From positions 37,705-101,704 of the forward strand of contig CAMDDG010000001.1 in NCBI GenBank assembly GCA_945890895.1: a stretch of 64,000 bases of DNA. Direction: 5' to 3'. Source of the DNA: Chitinophaga pinensis (GTDB lineage Bacteria > Bacteroidota > Bacteroidia > NS11-12g > UBA955). The translations under genes were made by a program, and so were the position numbers. Positions 47,636 through 57,883 of this stretch are shown here, piece after piece. Below the pieces are notes generated by a model. The model worked only from the letters and a program-made list of their open reading frames with translations. It searched no databases and had not been told where the DNA came from. Position 1 is the first letter of the stretch; every line of letters begins with the position of its first letter.

Positions 47636-48340
47636 ATGCAAAACGCTTTTCCTCACATCATAACTCAAATTGTATCTGAATCACCTCGAGTAAAACGGTT
47701 TTTTCTAAAGCGAAAAGATGAAAAACCCATCACTTTTTTGAGTGGACAATTTGTAATGGTGTACAACGAGTTTTTTAATTTGGATCAACAAAGTAGGTCG
47801 TATTCCATTGCATCGGTATCCAATACTCCAGAAGAAATTGAGTTGTGCATTGTTTTAAATGAAACGGGCAAATTTACTCCTTGGTTATTTTCGTTAGAAA
47901 TAGGGCACGAACTCATGGTGTCGGAACCACAAGGTGGTTTTGTTTTTCGGGGGATAGAAGAGCCGATTAAGCATGTTTTTGTATGCACCGGAACCGGAAT
48001 TGCTCCCTTTCGTAGTATGATTCACGATTCATTGATGCAGGGTTGCGAAACCGTTTTGGTTTTTGGAAATCGTTGGAAAGAAGATGTTCTGTACTGGGAT
48101 CATTGGAATACGCTTCAAGAAAACAATCTATTATTTCGATTTATACCAGTTTTAAGCAGGGAAGAGGTACCTCAATTTAAAACAGGGTATGTTCATCCTT
48201 ATTACACCAGAGAATTGAAAGATTTGAATGATGCTCGAATCTATGTATGTGGTTGGAAAGAGATGTGCAACCAAACGCGCGATCGATTAAAAGAGTTGGG
48301 ATTCAATCGAAGACAGTATTTTTTTGAACAATACGATTGA
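47636..48340 (+). CDS. Ferredoxin-NADP reductase-like FAD/NAD(P)-binding oxidoreductase
   Basis: RSYSIAS (FAD-binding RxYS), GTGIAPFRSM (NAD-binding), and YVCGWKEM are present. The ATG at 47636 is preferred. Confidence 0.75.
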   Translation: MQNAFPHIITQIVSESPRVKRFFLKRKDEKPITFLSGQFVMVYNEFFNLDQQSRSYSIASVSNTPEEIELCIVLNETGKFTPWLFSLEIGHELMVSEPQGGFVFRGIEEPIKHVFVCTGTGIAPFRSMIHDSLMQGCETVLVFGNRWKEDVLYWDHWNTLQENNLLFRFIPVLSREEVPQFKTGYVHPYYTRELKDLNDARIYVCGWKEMCNQTRDRLKELGFNRRQYFFEQYD

Positions 48341-48477
48341 TTTATTTTGGTATTCTTGATTTTAGGTGTATAATTGCATTGTTTTTATCATGGATTTCGT
48401 TCGAAATCCAATAAATCCCCAAAACGTTTATCGACTTTATTTGAATTACCCAATACTTATTATTGAATTTGTGATAT

Positions 48478-50442
48478 ATGACAAAATCGCCTGATTTTGC
48501 TAAAATGAGTGTTGCTGAACTTCGCACTCTGGCAGCTGCTTTGGAAATTTCTGGAGCAGAAAAAATGAAAAAAACCGAACTGATTTCCGCAATGAATGGC
48601 GTAGCCAATTCAGAAGCTTCTGAAAACAAGTCCATCAGCGTTGAGAAATCAATGGAACCGGAAATTCAAAGCAATTCCGAACCAACTGTTGAGAAAACGC
48701 GAAATTTGGTAGAAGAACCTAAATCTCAGTCCACAGAAGACGCGGATGTTAAACAAAAAAGGAGAAGAATGTCGGTTCCTGTAAAGGAAAAAGACTCAAG
48801 TTCGGATATCAAGAATTCGAATGATTCAAAATTCAACGATTTAGCTTCTCGAATTCAACAGCGCACTGGTACTGTAGTTCGAGAATCATCGAATGAAATA
48901 CGTACTGAAAGTACATCCCCCGAAGAACAAGAAAATCCAGTAAACAACGGGGTTGTTGGTTCGATTGAAAACTCCGACTCAAAAGAAAGTACTAACTCGA
49001 GAGAAATTATCGGGAATAACCCAGTTCAACGCAACGATCAACGCAACGATCCTAGAAATAATCGTAGAAAAGGGAAGAAAGAATTTAAACCCAATGATCG
49101 CAACATGAGCGGGGAGGTTAATTCTACTGAGCTGAATTCATTGGATGGCGATATCAATCTTAATGCAGATAATGCTTCAGACGGAACTTCAGATACTGAA
49201 AATAAATCCGTAGATCCGAGACACCCTCGCGATCATAAACGAGAACCAAAACACCAAAAACTGGAAAAACCAGCTGAAACCGAAGAGGAAAAACGCAAAC
49301 GCGAATTGATGGCGATTTTGATGGAAATGGAAGGAGTAGTAACCACTCAAGGAGTGTTAGAAACGGTTCCTGATGGTTATGGTTTCTTGCGCTCACCTGA
49401 TTACCATTATATGGCATCACCAGACGATGTTTATGTTCCTGGATTCATGATTAAACAAAATGGCTTGAAAACCGGCGATACCATAAAAGGAACAATTCGT
49501 CCTCCAAAAGACAATGAAAAATACTTTTGTTTGGTGAAAATAGAATCTGTAAATGGAAAAACTCCAGAAGAAGTCCGAGATCGTGTGGCATTTGAGCATT
49601 TAACTCCCTTGTTTCCGAATGAAAAACTGAACCTTTGTGATAACCCAAAGCATTTTTCAAACCGAATCATAGATTTGATTTCTCCCATTGGTAAAGGACA
49701 ACGCGGATTGATTGTAGCACAACCTAAAACAGGTAAAACATGGTTATTACAAGGAATTGCTAATGCCATTGCCAAGAATCATCCTGAAGTTTATATGATC
49801 ATATTGTTGATTGATGAACGCCCAGAGGAAGTAACCGATATGGCCCGAAATGTAAGAGCGGAGGTAGTGGCTAGTACGTTTGATGAACCGGCAGAAAAAC
49901 ATGTTAAATTAACCAACATCGTTTTGGAAAAAGCCAAACGTTTGGTTGAATGTGGACATGACGTGGTTATATTATTGGATTCTATTACTCGTTTAGCTCG
50001 CGCTTTCAATACGGTGCAACCCGCATCGGGTAAAATATTATCGGGCGGTGTGGATGCTAATGCGTTACACAAACCTAAGCGTTTCTTTGGAGCAGCGAGA
50101 AACATTGAAAACGGTGGATCTTTAACCATTATTGCTACGGCATTAACGGATACCGGTTCGAAAATGGACGAAGTGATTTTCGAGGAATTTAAAGGTACAG
50201 GTAATATGGAATTACAATTGGATAGACGTTTGGCCAACAAAAGAATTTTTCCTTCAATTGATATATTGTCTTCCAGTACTCGAAGAGAAGATCTGTTAGT
50301 TGATAAAACAACTTTGCAAAGAATGTGGGTATTGAGAAATCATTTGGCAGACATGAACCCAGAGGAAGCGATGAATACATTCCTCAAATACATGAATAAT
50401 ACCCAAGATAATTTGGAGTTTTTGGTGAGTATGAATGGCTAA
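48478..50442 (+). CDS. rho: Transcription termination factor Rho with ~235-aa low-complexity N-terminal insertion
   Basis: The Rho_N region is [27 protein letters not shown]. The CSD-like region is [15 protein letters not shown]. Walker A is [17 protein letters not shown], and [14 protein letters not shown] is also present. Confidence 0.92.
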   Translation: MTKSPDFAKMSVAELRTLAAALEISGAEKMKKTELISAMNGVANSEASENKSISVEKSMEPEIQSNSEPTVEKTRNLVEEPKSQSTEDADVKQKRRRMSVPVKEKDSSSDIKNSNDSKFNDLASRIQQRTGTVVRESSNEIRTESTSPEEQENPVNNGVVGSIENSDSKESTNSREIIGNNPVQRNDQRNDPRNNRRKGKKEFKPNDRNMSGEVNSTELNSLDGDINLNADNASDGTSDTENKSVDPRHPRDHKREPKHQKLEKPAETEEEKRKRELMAILMEMEGVVTTQGVLETVPDGYGFLRSPDYHYMASPDDVYVPGFMIKQNGLKTGDTIKGTIRPPKDNEKYFCLVKIESVNGKTPEEVRDRVAFEHLTPLFPNEKLNLCDNPKHFSNRIIDLISPIGKGQRGLIVAQPKTGKTWLLQGIANAIAKNHPEVYMIILLIDERPEEVTDMARNVRAEVVASTFDEPAEKHVKLTNIVLEKAKRLVECGHDVVILLDSITRLARAFNTVQPASGKILSGGVDANALHKPKRFFGAARNIENGGSLTIIATALTDTGSKMDEVIFEEFKGTGNMELQLDRRLANKRIFPSIDILSSSTRREDLLVDKTTLQRMWVLRNHLADMNPEEAMNTFLKYMNNTQDNLEFLVSMNG

Positions 50443-50503
50443 AATTTGGGAAATTGTATAGTTTGTTTAATTTTACATACAATAAAATTTACGTTGTTAA
50501 AAT

Positions 50504-50902
50504 GTGAATAAACTGGAACAAGTGAAATGTTTTGTTGAAGTAATTTTACCACCGAATAGACGCATGGACAAACCGAAAGTTGTAATCGATTATGCAAAGC
50601 TCACTCCTGAGTTGAATGAGCTTTTTAATGAAACGTATCCTAATGGTATTGTGGGACATACAATTCGTTATCCCAATTCCAAAGGTGAAATCGTTACTTC
50701 AGTGAGATTAGAAACCGAAGACAAAATCTATTTGGTAAAGTTGAGTACCAGAGCCAAAGAGGTGTTGTCGGATGAAGATTTGGATGAATTGATTCGTCCT
50801 TTATCAAAAGGAGTCGGCGAGGAAGAGCCCGAAGCAGAGGAAGACGAAGATTCATCTAGTTCTCTTACTGCCGATCCTGATACGGATGAGGATGACGATT
50901 AA
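50504..50902 (+). CDS. Small conserved protein with acidic C-terminal tail
   Basis: The ORF has a GTG start. An alternative ATG at 50564 gives MDKPKVVIDYAKLTPELNELF. The C-terminus is EEEPEAEEDEDSS...DTDEDDD. Confidence 0.5.
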   Translation: MNKLEQVKCFVEVILPPNRRMDKPKVVIDYAKLTPELNELFNETYPNGIVGHTIRYPNSKGEIVTSVRLETEDKIYLVKLSTRAKEVLSDEDLDELIRPLSKGVGEEEPEAEEDEDSSSSLTADPDTDEDDD

Positions 50903-51605
50903 AAAGGTAGCTTTAATTACGGGTGCAAGCAAAGGGATAGGAAAGTCTATCGCCTTAGAGTTTGCAAACAATGGATTTAATTTGGTTCTGTGCTCCAGGA
51001 ATTTTGCAAATTTGCAAGAGGTACAATTTTTAATTCAATCTAAATATCCTGAGTTGAAAATCGATATTCACGCGGCTGATCTATCTACCAATTCTGGTTG
51101 TAATTCTTTGGTAGAGTTTTATCGAAATTTGTATCAAGAACTAACGGTTTTAGTAAATAATGCAGGGGTATTTTTACCCGGTACACTTATGGATGAAGAG
51201 TCAAGTCAAATGCGCTTTCAAATGGACTTGAATTTTTTCTCCGCATATACCATAACTAAAGGACTTTGGGAATTATTGAAAAGAACTCCAAGGGCTCATG
51301 TTTTTAATATGTGTTCTATAGCCAGCATAACCGCTTATGCTGCAGGAGGTGGTTATTCGGTATCAAAATTTGCTCTGTTGGGATTTTCTAAATCACTTAG
51401 ATTGGAGGGAATTCCCCATCAAATTGCAGTTAGCGCTGTTCTACCTGGAGCTACATTGACCGACTCGTGGGCAGGTGTGGATTTGCCAGAATCCCGGTTT
51501 ATGCGACCCGAAGATGTGGCTTGTGTTATAAGCAATGCATTTGACATCAATGAGCGAACCGTAATGGAGGAGATTGTTATTCGTCCTGTTTTAGGAGATA
51601 TTTAA
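50892..51605 (+). CDS. Short-chain dehydrogenase/reductase (SDR)
   Basis: TGASKGIG (cofactor-binding), NNAG, and YSVSK (the catalytic YxxxK) are present. Confidence 0.85.
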   Translation: MTIKKVALITGASKGIGKSIALEFANNGFNLVLCSRNFANLQEVQFLIQSKYPELKIDIHAADLSTNSGCNSLVEFYRNLYQELTVLVNNAGVFLPGTLMDEESSQMRFQMDLNFFSAYTITKGLWELLKRTPRAHVFNMCSIASITAYAAGGGYSVSKFALLGFSKSLRLEGIPHQIAVSAVLPGATLTDSWAGVDLPESRFMRPEDVACVISNAFDINERTVMEEIVIRPVLGDI

Positions 51606-51703
51606 TACTTTTTTGGTTTCGGGGGATGTGTTTTCTGTAAGTATTTAGCCATAATTCACTAATTCCACCCCCTTTAGCAATCCAAATTTTAGATAGAATT
51701 GTT

Positions 51704-51711
51704 TATATTTG
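51704..51711 (+). promoter_or_regulatory. Candidate Bacteroidota -7 promoter box
   Basis: TATATTTG matches TAnnTTTG and lies 33 nt upstream of the ATG at 51744. Confidence 0.35.
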
Positions 51712-51743
51712 AAAACTAATCAAGATTTAAAACACAATTTATA

Positions 51744-53093
51744 ATGAAAAAACTACTTTTATTAGGGGTAGTTGCTGTGAGTGCAACTTTAGCAAATGCA
51801 CAAACATTGACTACAAAAATTTTCCCTCAAGATCAAAAAGTTCAATTAAGAGCGGAAGATGCAGTTAAGGTGAAGAGCATGATGAGTAAGCGTGCAACTT
51901 CATTGTCAGAACAATATAACTTCGTTGCTGCTTACGGCGAGGAATGGATGTTGGGAGAAGCAAAGTCCTACATTCGTTGGATATCTGAAGATTCCAATGC
52001 ATATGTGGTTTACAAAAACGATGATGGTACAACTACCTTAAACAATAACGATATTCACGTAATTGGTACTTCTTTTGACCCAAAAGATTCTTCGTATTTA
52101 GCTTCAGGAAATACCGTGTTGAGCCGTTGGAATGACTACACCATCGATACCATTCGTTGGCAGCAGTTTTACGTAAGAAACTCTGATTCTGCAATGATCG
52201 GTGGAAATATGGTAGAAGTAATCGACACCGTATTTGTTCAATACTTTGACTTTACCGGTTTGTCTTTCCGTGCGTTTACTCGTAATGGTACAAACCGTAA
52301 CGCTGCTCCGAATGTAGACGCATTCAAAGCGCGCACGTTGTTTAACACTGCTGCGTTGAAAACCGATACTATTTTGTTGGATAAATCATTTAAGGATTCA
52401 GTTGATTGGGAAGCTGGAACTTTGTTTTCTCGTGTAGCTGGTGTACTTCCTGGTATCAAATCAAAAAGTTCAGTTGCATCTACCGGTACAACCGATATCC
52501 CAGCTAACGTAACTGCTTTTACTGTTATGTTTAAACCTATGTTGAAACCAAAATTGGGCGATACATTGATTAACTGGGCTGATCCTTCTTGGAAACGTAA
52601 ATACAACGCGTTTGGAATTCGTGCAAACTACTGGGATGCACAATCTCAAGACATCTTGACCTTGAACAAAATCAACAACACATTTTGGACTCCAAATTTC
52701 TTAGCTTACGGTGCAACCATGAACGGCTGGAAATCGTATTTGCCAACAACTGCTTACACCACCACTACATTCTTCAATTGCTGGATTGATATCACTACCG
52801 AGAACTTATCTAATGAGAAATTGGTAAACGGTATCCAGAATACTCGCGTATTCCCTAATCCTTCTGCTGGTCAGAATACTGTGAAAGCAATGTTCCATTT
52901 GAATAATCCTAGTGCTGTTTCTGCAATAGTTATGGATATCAATGGTCGTGTTGTTAAGAACATCGAAGCGTCTCAATTCGTTGCTGGTAAAAACCAATTG
53001 AATATTGACGTAAGCGATTTGAAAGCAGGAATCTACACTGTTTCATTGCAAAGCTCAATTGGTACTGAAACAGCTAAATTTATTGTTCAGTAA
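51744..53093 (+). CDS. Secreted protein of unknown function with T9SS type-A C-terminal sorting domain
   Basis: A signal peptide is present (ATLANAQ). The C-terminus is RVFPNPSAGQNTVKAMF...AGIYTVSLQS...AKFIVQ. Confidence 0.7.
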   Translation: MKKLLLLGVVAVSATLANAQTLTTKIFPQDQKVQLRAEDAVKVKSMMSKRATSLSEQYNFVAAYGEEWMLGEAKSYIRWISEDSNAYVVYKNDDGTTTLNNNDIHVIGTSFDPKDSSYLASGNTVLSRWNDYTIDTIRWQQFYVRNSDSAMIGGNMVEVIDTVFVQYFDFTGLSFRAFTRNGTNRNAAPNVDAFKARTLFNTAALKTDTILLDKSFKDSVDWEAGTLFSRVAGVLPGIKSKSSVASTGTTDIPANVTAFTVMFKPMLKPKLGDTLINWADPSWKRKYNAFGIRANYWDAQSQDILTLNKINNTFWTPNFLAYGATMNGWKSYLPTTAYTTTTFFNCWIDITTENLSNEKLVNGIQNTRVFPNPSAGQNTVKAMFHLNNPSAVSAIVMDINGRVVKNIEASQFVAGKNQLNIDVSDLKAGIYTVSLQSSIGTETAKFIVQ

Positions 53094-53116
53094 GATTTTA
53101 ATATAACTAATTGTAT

Positions 53117-53146
53117 AAAAGAGGGACGTTCGTCCCTCTTTTTTTG
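53117..53146 (+). terminator. Rho-independent terminator
   Basis: The stem agagggacg / cgtccctct is followed by a T7 run. Confidence 0.85.
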
Positions 53147-53358
53147 TTTAATAAAAACAAAACAACTCTTTAATAAGGTATTTACTAAATTTGCAGAGTG
53201 TAAAATTAATTGGATTCCAAATTTCGATTGAGTGAATTCTAAGCCTTTGAATTTTTAATCCTCTTTTAATTTTGGTTTTATTACCCTACTCAAATTGGCC
53301 TGAATCATTCTTTCCAGAAAATAGAATTGGTTGATTTTATTTAAAAAGAATTCCAAAA

Positions 53359-54837
53359 ATGAAAAAACCTATGAAAATTAAACAGATCCAGAGAATTCAA
53401 ATAGTAGCAGTACTTCTTTTTATTAATTCGTTTTCGATTGTTAGAGCACAGACTTTTTTTGGATTACAAAATTCAAATTATGCTGGTGTAAATGCCATTT
53501 ACAGCAATCCAGCTTTAGTAACCAACATGAATCATCAAAGATCTGCCAATATAGGTGGCTTGGGTGTTAATATTGATAATAACTACGTTGGATTAGAAAC
53601 TCCGTTTTCATTTTGGGCATTAGTGAATAATGATGTGGATGACAAATACAAAGATGATAATGGTCGTATAAAATGGGATAAAAATTGGATCAAAGAAGAT
53701 CCATCGGTTAGTAATATCCGGTTGAATATTGGAACAGAGTACCGTGGTCCATCCTACGTAAATACCTACGGTCGAATTATTTGGGGAACAGCATCTCGCA
53801 CAAGATCCAGTTTGAGAATTGATAATTTAAGTACATCGGTGGTAGATTGGGCAAAGCAATTTATGGATTCAACCACACCCCCCTCGGTAATCGCTATTAC
53901 TTCTCCAGAATTGAATATTACAGCAAATTCATATCAGGAAGTTTCAGGAATATTTGGAATTAAGCTTATTGAAAGTTCCACCATGCGATTGGGAGTGGGA
54001 ACATCGATTAAAGGAATATTGGCTACTGGAAGTTTTAATATTCAAAATACAGGGGCAACATTTAGAACCATTGGTGTTGATACCTTAGAATTGACAGGGG
54101 GCATGATGAAATTTTCCTACACAGATAATAATCTATTGCGCCAAATATTTCAAGGGGTTATCGCTGGAAGTATGCCCAGTTTATTGAATATAAATGGCTT
54201 AGGTCTAGGTTTTGATTTGGGATTTGTACTGGAACTCGGAGAGAACATGAGTACAGAAGAACGGAAAGGAAATTATAAGGATTACAAATTGAAAATAGCA
54301 GCATCGATTTTAGATTTAGGTAAAATGACCTACAGGAATCAAAGCAAAGGGTTTATATTGGACGGAACAACTCCCGTGAAAATGGCATTGAACTCGCCGG
54401 AGTTTTTAACAGCTTCTGCTGAAGGGTCGGAAGAAGTATTTGATTACACAGTAGATTATTTAAGAAATCAAGGTGCATTGAAAGATATTTCAGAAAAAAC
54501 ACAAATTGAATTGCCAACCACCTTACAATTACAAGTGGATTATCAAATAATGCCCTATTTTAATGTTGCTGCTCATCTTCAACAAGCCATTAACATCAAC
54601 GATATCGCTAATTTACATTTTAATAGTGCAGCAGTAATTGTACCAAGGGTTGAGCACAATTGGTTTGAGTTTTCCATGCCTATTTCGGTTTACAATAATT
54701 ATCGTCAATTTGGATTAGGAGCATATTTCAGAGCCGGTCCAGTATATTTCGGTACAGATAATTTCCTATATTCTCTGTCAGCTACTAAGTATTCTGGAAT
54801 GAACGTTTATTTCGGTATCAGTACATTAATTCGTTAA
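53359..54837 (+). CDS. Outer-membrane beta-barrel candidate, PorP/SprF-like or DUF5723-like
   Basis: A signal peptide ends at VRAQ. The N-terminal FFGLQNSNYAGVNAIYSNPALV resembles the PorP/SprF opening motif. The family assignment is tentative. Confidence 0.4.
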   Translation: MKKPMKIKQIQRIQIVAVLLFINSFSIVRAQTFFGLQNSNYAGVNAIYSNPALVTNMNHQRSANIGGLGVNIDNNYVGLETPFSFWALVNNDVDDKYKDDNGRIKWDKNWIKEDPSVSNIRLNIGTEYRGPSYVNTYGRIIWGTASRTRSSLRIDNLSTSVVDWAKQFMDSTTPPSVIAITSPELNITANSYQEVSGIFGIKLIESSTMRLGVGTSIKGILATGSFNIQNTGATFRTIGVDTLELTGGMMKFSYTDNNLLRQIFQGVIAGSMPSLLNINGLGLGFDLGFVLELGENMSTEERKGNYKDYKLKIAASILDLGKMTYRNQSKGFILDGTTPVKMALNSPEFLTASAEGSEEVFDYTVDYLRNQGALKDISEKTQIELPTTLQLQVDYQIMPYFNVAAHLQQAININDIANLHFNSAAVIVPRVEHNWFEFSMPISVYNNYRQFGLGAYFRAGPVYFGTDNFLYSLSATKYSGMNVYFGISTLIR

Positions 54838-55026
54838 ATTAAAGTTTTATATTCTGGTTTTGTATTGGTGAGAAACCAATACTTAGCTTTGGTCCAATAA
54901 AGTAACTGATATTTTCTATTGGTTTCTATTTAAGAAGCCAATAATTGTCTTATTGCATTAAAATAACAATGTTTTTGAGTTAAACTTAAATGGTTATTTC
55001 AATAAGAACTTTATGGGGAAATTAAA

Positions 55027-56334
55027 TTACTCGTAACGCGTAATTTTTGCTCCCAACGGATTTAAACGATCTTCAATTCGCTCATAACCACGATCAATTT
55101 GTTCAATGTTCTTAATAATACTCTTGCCTTTTGCGCTCATCGCTGCAATTAACAGAGCCACACCTGCTCTAATATCGGGTGAAGACATAGTAATACCCTT
55201 TAACTGGGTGCGTCGATCTAATCCAATTACAGTGGCACGGTGTGGATCACAAAGTATAATTTGTGCTCCCATGTCGATTAAATTATCTACAAAAAACAAT
55301 CGGCTCTCAAACATTTTCTGATGAATCAACACGGTTCCTCTGGCTTGAGTTGCAGTTACCAATGCAATAGAAATTAAATCTGGAGTAAATCCAGGCCAAA
55401 TTTGATCAGAAACCGTTAGAATGGAACCATCAATGAAGCTGTCAATTTCATAATGATCTTGTATGGGTATGTAAATGTCATCTCCTTGGATTTCCAATTT
55501 GATTCCTAATCGCTGGAACGTTCGAGGAATGATACCGAGTTGATCTACTCTGCAATTTTTTAGCGTAATTTCACTCTGAGTAATGGCTGCCATGCCAATA
55601 AAACTGCCTATTTCAATCATGTCGGGCAAACATCGGTGATGACATCCCTTTAATGTTTTTACACCTTGAATAGTTAATTTATTTGAACCAGAACCTTCAA
55701 TGTGAGCTCCCATTTTCTGTAACATTTCACACAATTGTTGGAGATAGGGTTCACAAGCAGCGTTGTAAATTGTAGTTTCTCCTTCGGCAAACACAGCTGC
55801 CATTAAAATATTCGCTGTTCCTGTAACCGAAGCTTCATCCAGGTGCATATACGTACCTTTTAGTTTTTCGGAATGAACTTTATAAAAACTTTGTTCAGCG
55901 AGGAATTCAAATTGCGCACCCAATTGAATAAAACCTTCAAAATGAGTGTCGAGTCTGCGTCGACCAATCTTATCTCCGCCGGGACTTGGTATATATCCTT
56001 TTCCAAATCGCGCAAGTAACGGTCCCACAATCATTATTGACCCTCTCAAGGCGGCACCTTGTGCTTTGAATTCAGAACTATCTAAAAAATGAATGTCTAT
56101 AGCATCTGCTTTGAATGAATATTTGCCTTTTTCAATACGGCTGACTTTTACTCCTAAATTCTTTAAGAGTTCAATCAGTTTTAATACATCTCTAATTTCT
56201 GGAATGTTCTCAATGATTATTTCTTCGGGTGTTAACAAAACCGCACAAATAACTTGTAATGCTTCATTTTTTGCACCCTGAGGTACGATTTCGCCTTTTA
56301 ATGAGTGTCCGCCTTCAATTTCGAAATATGCCAT
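55027..56334 (-). CDS. murA: UDP-N-acetylglucosamine 1-carboxyvinyltransferase
   Basis: MAYFEIEGGHSLKGEIVPQGAKNEALQ and PGGDKIGRRRLDTH are present. In the latter, Asp occupies the usual active-site Cys position. The length is as expected. Confidence 0.92.
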   Translation of the reverse strand: MAYFEIEGGHSLKGEIVPQGAKNEALQVICAVLLTPEEIIIENIPEIRDVLKLIELLKNLGVKVSRIEKGKYSFKADAIDIHFLDSSEFKAQGAALRGSIMIVGPLLARFGKGYIPSPGGDKIGRRRLDTHFEGFIQLGAQFEFLAEQSFYKVHSEKLKGTYMHLDEASVTGTANILMAAVFAEGETTIYNAACEPYLQQLCEMLQKMGAHIEGSGSNKLTIQGVKTLKGCHHRCLPDMIEIGSFIGMAAITQSEITLKNCRVDQLGIIPRTFQRLGIKLEIQGDDIYIPIQDHYEIDSFIDGSILTVSDQIWPGFTPDLISIALVTATQARGTVLIHQKMFESRLFFVDNLIDMGAQIILCDPHRATVIGLDRRTQLKGITMSSPDIRAGVALLIAAMSAKGKSIIKNIEQIDRGYERIEDRLNPLGAKITRYE

Positions 56335-56336
56335 AA

Positions 56337-57020
56337 TTAGAAACGTCTTTTATTTTTATTACGATTGTTGTTGTTATTGCTGTGATTCTTCTTGTTATTA
56401 TTGTTTTTGCGGAAGTTATTTTTGTTTTGATGGTTGTTGTGTCTACGTGGTGTAAATGCACTTACATCGGCTGTAACGGTAATTTCAGAACCGGCAAGCG
56501 CTAGTTTTCCTTTAGACAATGTATTTAAATGTTCTGCAATTACTTCGTTACTTAGATTTTCGTTATTCCACAATTTACAGCTGTTGTACATGAATGATGC
56601 AATTAAATTTACCAATTCTTGTTTCAGTTCACCATCTTCCATTTGAGTAGCTTTTTCAATCATGTTTTGCAGATTGCGACCGTAAAAACGGAATCGAATC
56701 GTACTTGTGTGATAGGGAATGGGCTCTGGTTTTTTATTGTGATTCTCTTTCTGGGGAAGGGGATACGGTGAATCTACATCTAATGAAAAATCAGAAATTT
56801 GATGTATGTGCCCCCATAAAATTTCTTGATAGTTGGATTGCAGTTTGATTTCGGGATTTAAAATAGCCATAATATTTACCAAATTGTGCACCCAAAGTGT
56901 ACGCTGATTCTTATCCGCAATGGAATTTATATGACTTACATAGTCCTGTATTAAACGTCCGTATTCTGAAATATTTAGTGCAGAACGCTGGGTGTTGTAA
57001 TCGTTTTGTAAAGTATTCAT
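56337..57020 (-). CDS. DUF4290-family protein with basic Asn/Lys-rich tail
   Basis: LNISEYGRLIQDYV is the N-terminal motif. The gene sits immediately upstream of murA, as is common in Bacteroidota. The assignment is from memory. Confidence 0.6.
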   Translation of the reverse strand: MNTLQNDYNTQRSALNISEYGRLIQDYVSHINSIADKNQRTLWVHNLVNIMAILNPEIKLQSNYQEILWGHIHQISDFSLDVDSPYPLPQKENHNKKPEPIPYHTSTIRFRFYGRNLQNMIEKATQMEDGELKQELVNLIASFMYNSCKLWNNENLSNEVIAEHLNTLSKGKLALAGSEITVTADVSAFTPRRHNNHQNKNNFRKNNNNKKNHSNNNNNRNKNKRRF

Positions 57021-57113
57021 TTAATTAGTTACAAATTAACATCAGAATCTCTAAATACCTAAACATTTCACCTCAATAAATGTTAATTTCTTAGACTTCC
57101 AAATCGAATCAAA

Positions 57114-57773
57114 ATGGTAAAAAAATCAGAACAACTGCTTTCCGACAAAATTGTTGAAGGGTTTATTGATCACGTGAATGAAAATGGGGAGAACCCTAAA
57201 TCTGTAGCTCATCTTTGTAAAAGTTTGAAGATACAAGAATCTGATTTCTATGAACATTTCTCGGATATTGATCAAATTGAATCCCATATACCTAAGAAAA
57301 TATGGGAAAACGCACTTTATTCTTTAAGCGAACAAGAATTTTATTTAAATTCTTCGGAACAAGAAAAAGTGTTGTCTGTGATGTATGGATTTTTTGAAAA
57401 CGCAAAATCCTACCGCAGTTACTTACTACTGAAATACAAAAATCAGAATAATCCAATAGACAAAATCAAAAACATGGATAGGTTTAGGAAATCAGTGATG
57501 GATTATTTTCAATCATTAAACTTGGAATCGGCGCTCCCTAATTTGGGAATGCCCATGATGGACAAAATGGGCGATAAAGCCGTTGCAATTACATTGTATT
57601 CCAATTTTGTTTTCATATTTAATTTCTGGTTGAATGACAAAAGCAGTCAATTTGAAAAAACAGACGCCCTAATTGAAAAAGTTTTTACCTTATCCTTCGA
57701 TTTAATGGATCCTACAGTACTTAACAAAGTATTGGATTTAGGTAAGTTTCTTTTGGGTGAAATTAGAAAATAA
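57114..57773 (+). CDS. TetR/AcrR-like regulator (tentative)
   Basis: An N-terminal HTH-like segment (PKSVAHLCKSLKIQESDFYEHFSDIDQI) is followed by a helical C-terminal domain. Confidence 0.45.
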   Translation: MVKKSEQLLSDKIVEGFIDHVNENGENPKSVAHLCKSLKIQESDFYEHFSDIDQIESHIPKKIWENALYSLSEQEFYLNSSEQEKVLSVMYGFFENAKSYRSYLLLKYKNQNNPIDKIKNMDRFRKSVMDYFQSLNLESALPNLGMPMMDKMGDKAVAITLYSNFVFIFNFWLNDKSSQFEKTDALIEKVFTLSFDLMDPTVLNKVLDLGKFLLGEIRK

Positions 57774-57883
57774 TCGTCCGAACTTACATCCCCCGAAATT
57801 AGAAAATTAGTTTCAGCACTTTGTCTAGTTGGATAACTCTAGACAGATTGAGACGGAATGAGGCAAAAGAAAAAAAATATAAA

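Noticed and set aside
47577-47640. Looked for a fluoride riboswitch upstream of crcB.
   Set aside because: The short region upstream on the minus strand shows none of the conserved fluoride-riboswitch core that I could recognise.
48392-48409. Palindrome GGATTTCG-TT-CGAAATCC upstream of rho.
   Set aside because: The 2-nt loop makes a full hairpin implausible and no T-run follows. It could be a binding site, but nothing else supports that.
57760-57807. Exact 13-nt direct repeat GAAATTAGAAAAT at 57760-57772 and 57795-57807, spanning the stop of the TetR-like gene.
   Set aside because: The duplication is real but local and small. I could not attach a function to it beyond its adjacency to one GGGGATG-motif copy.
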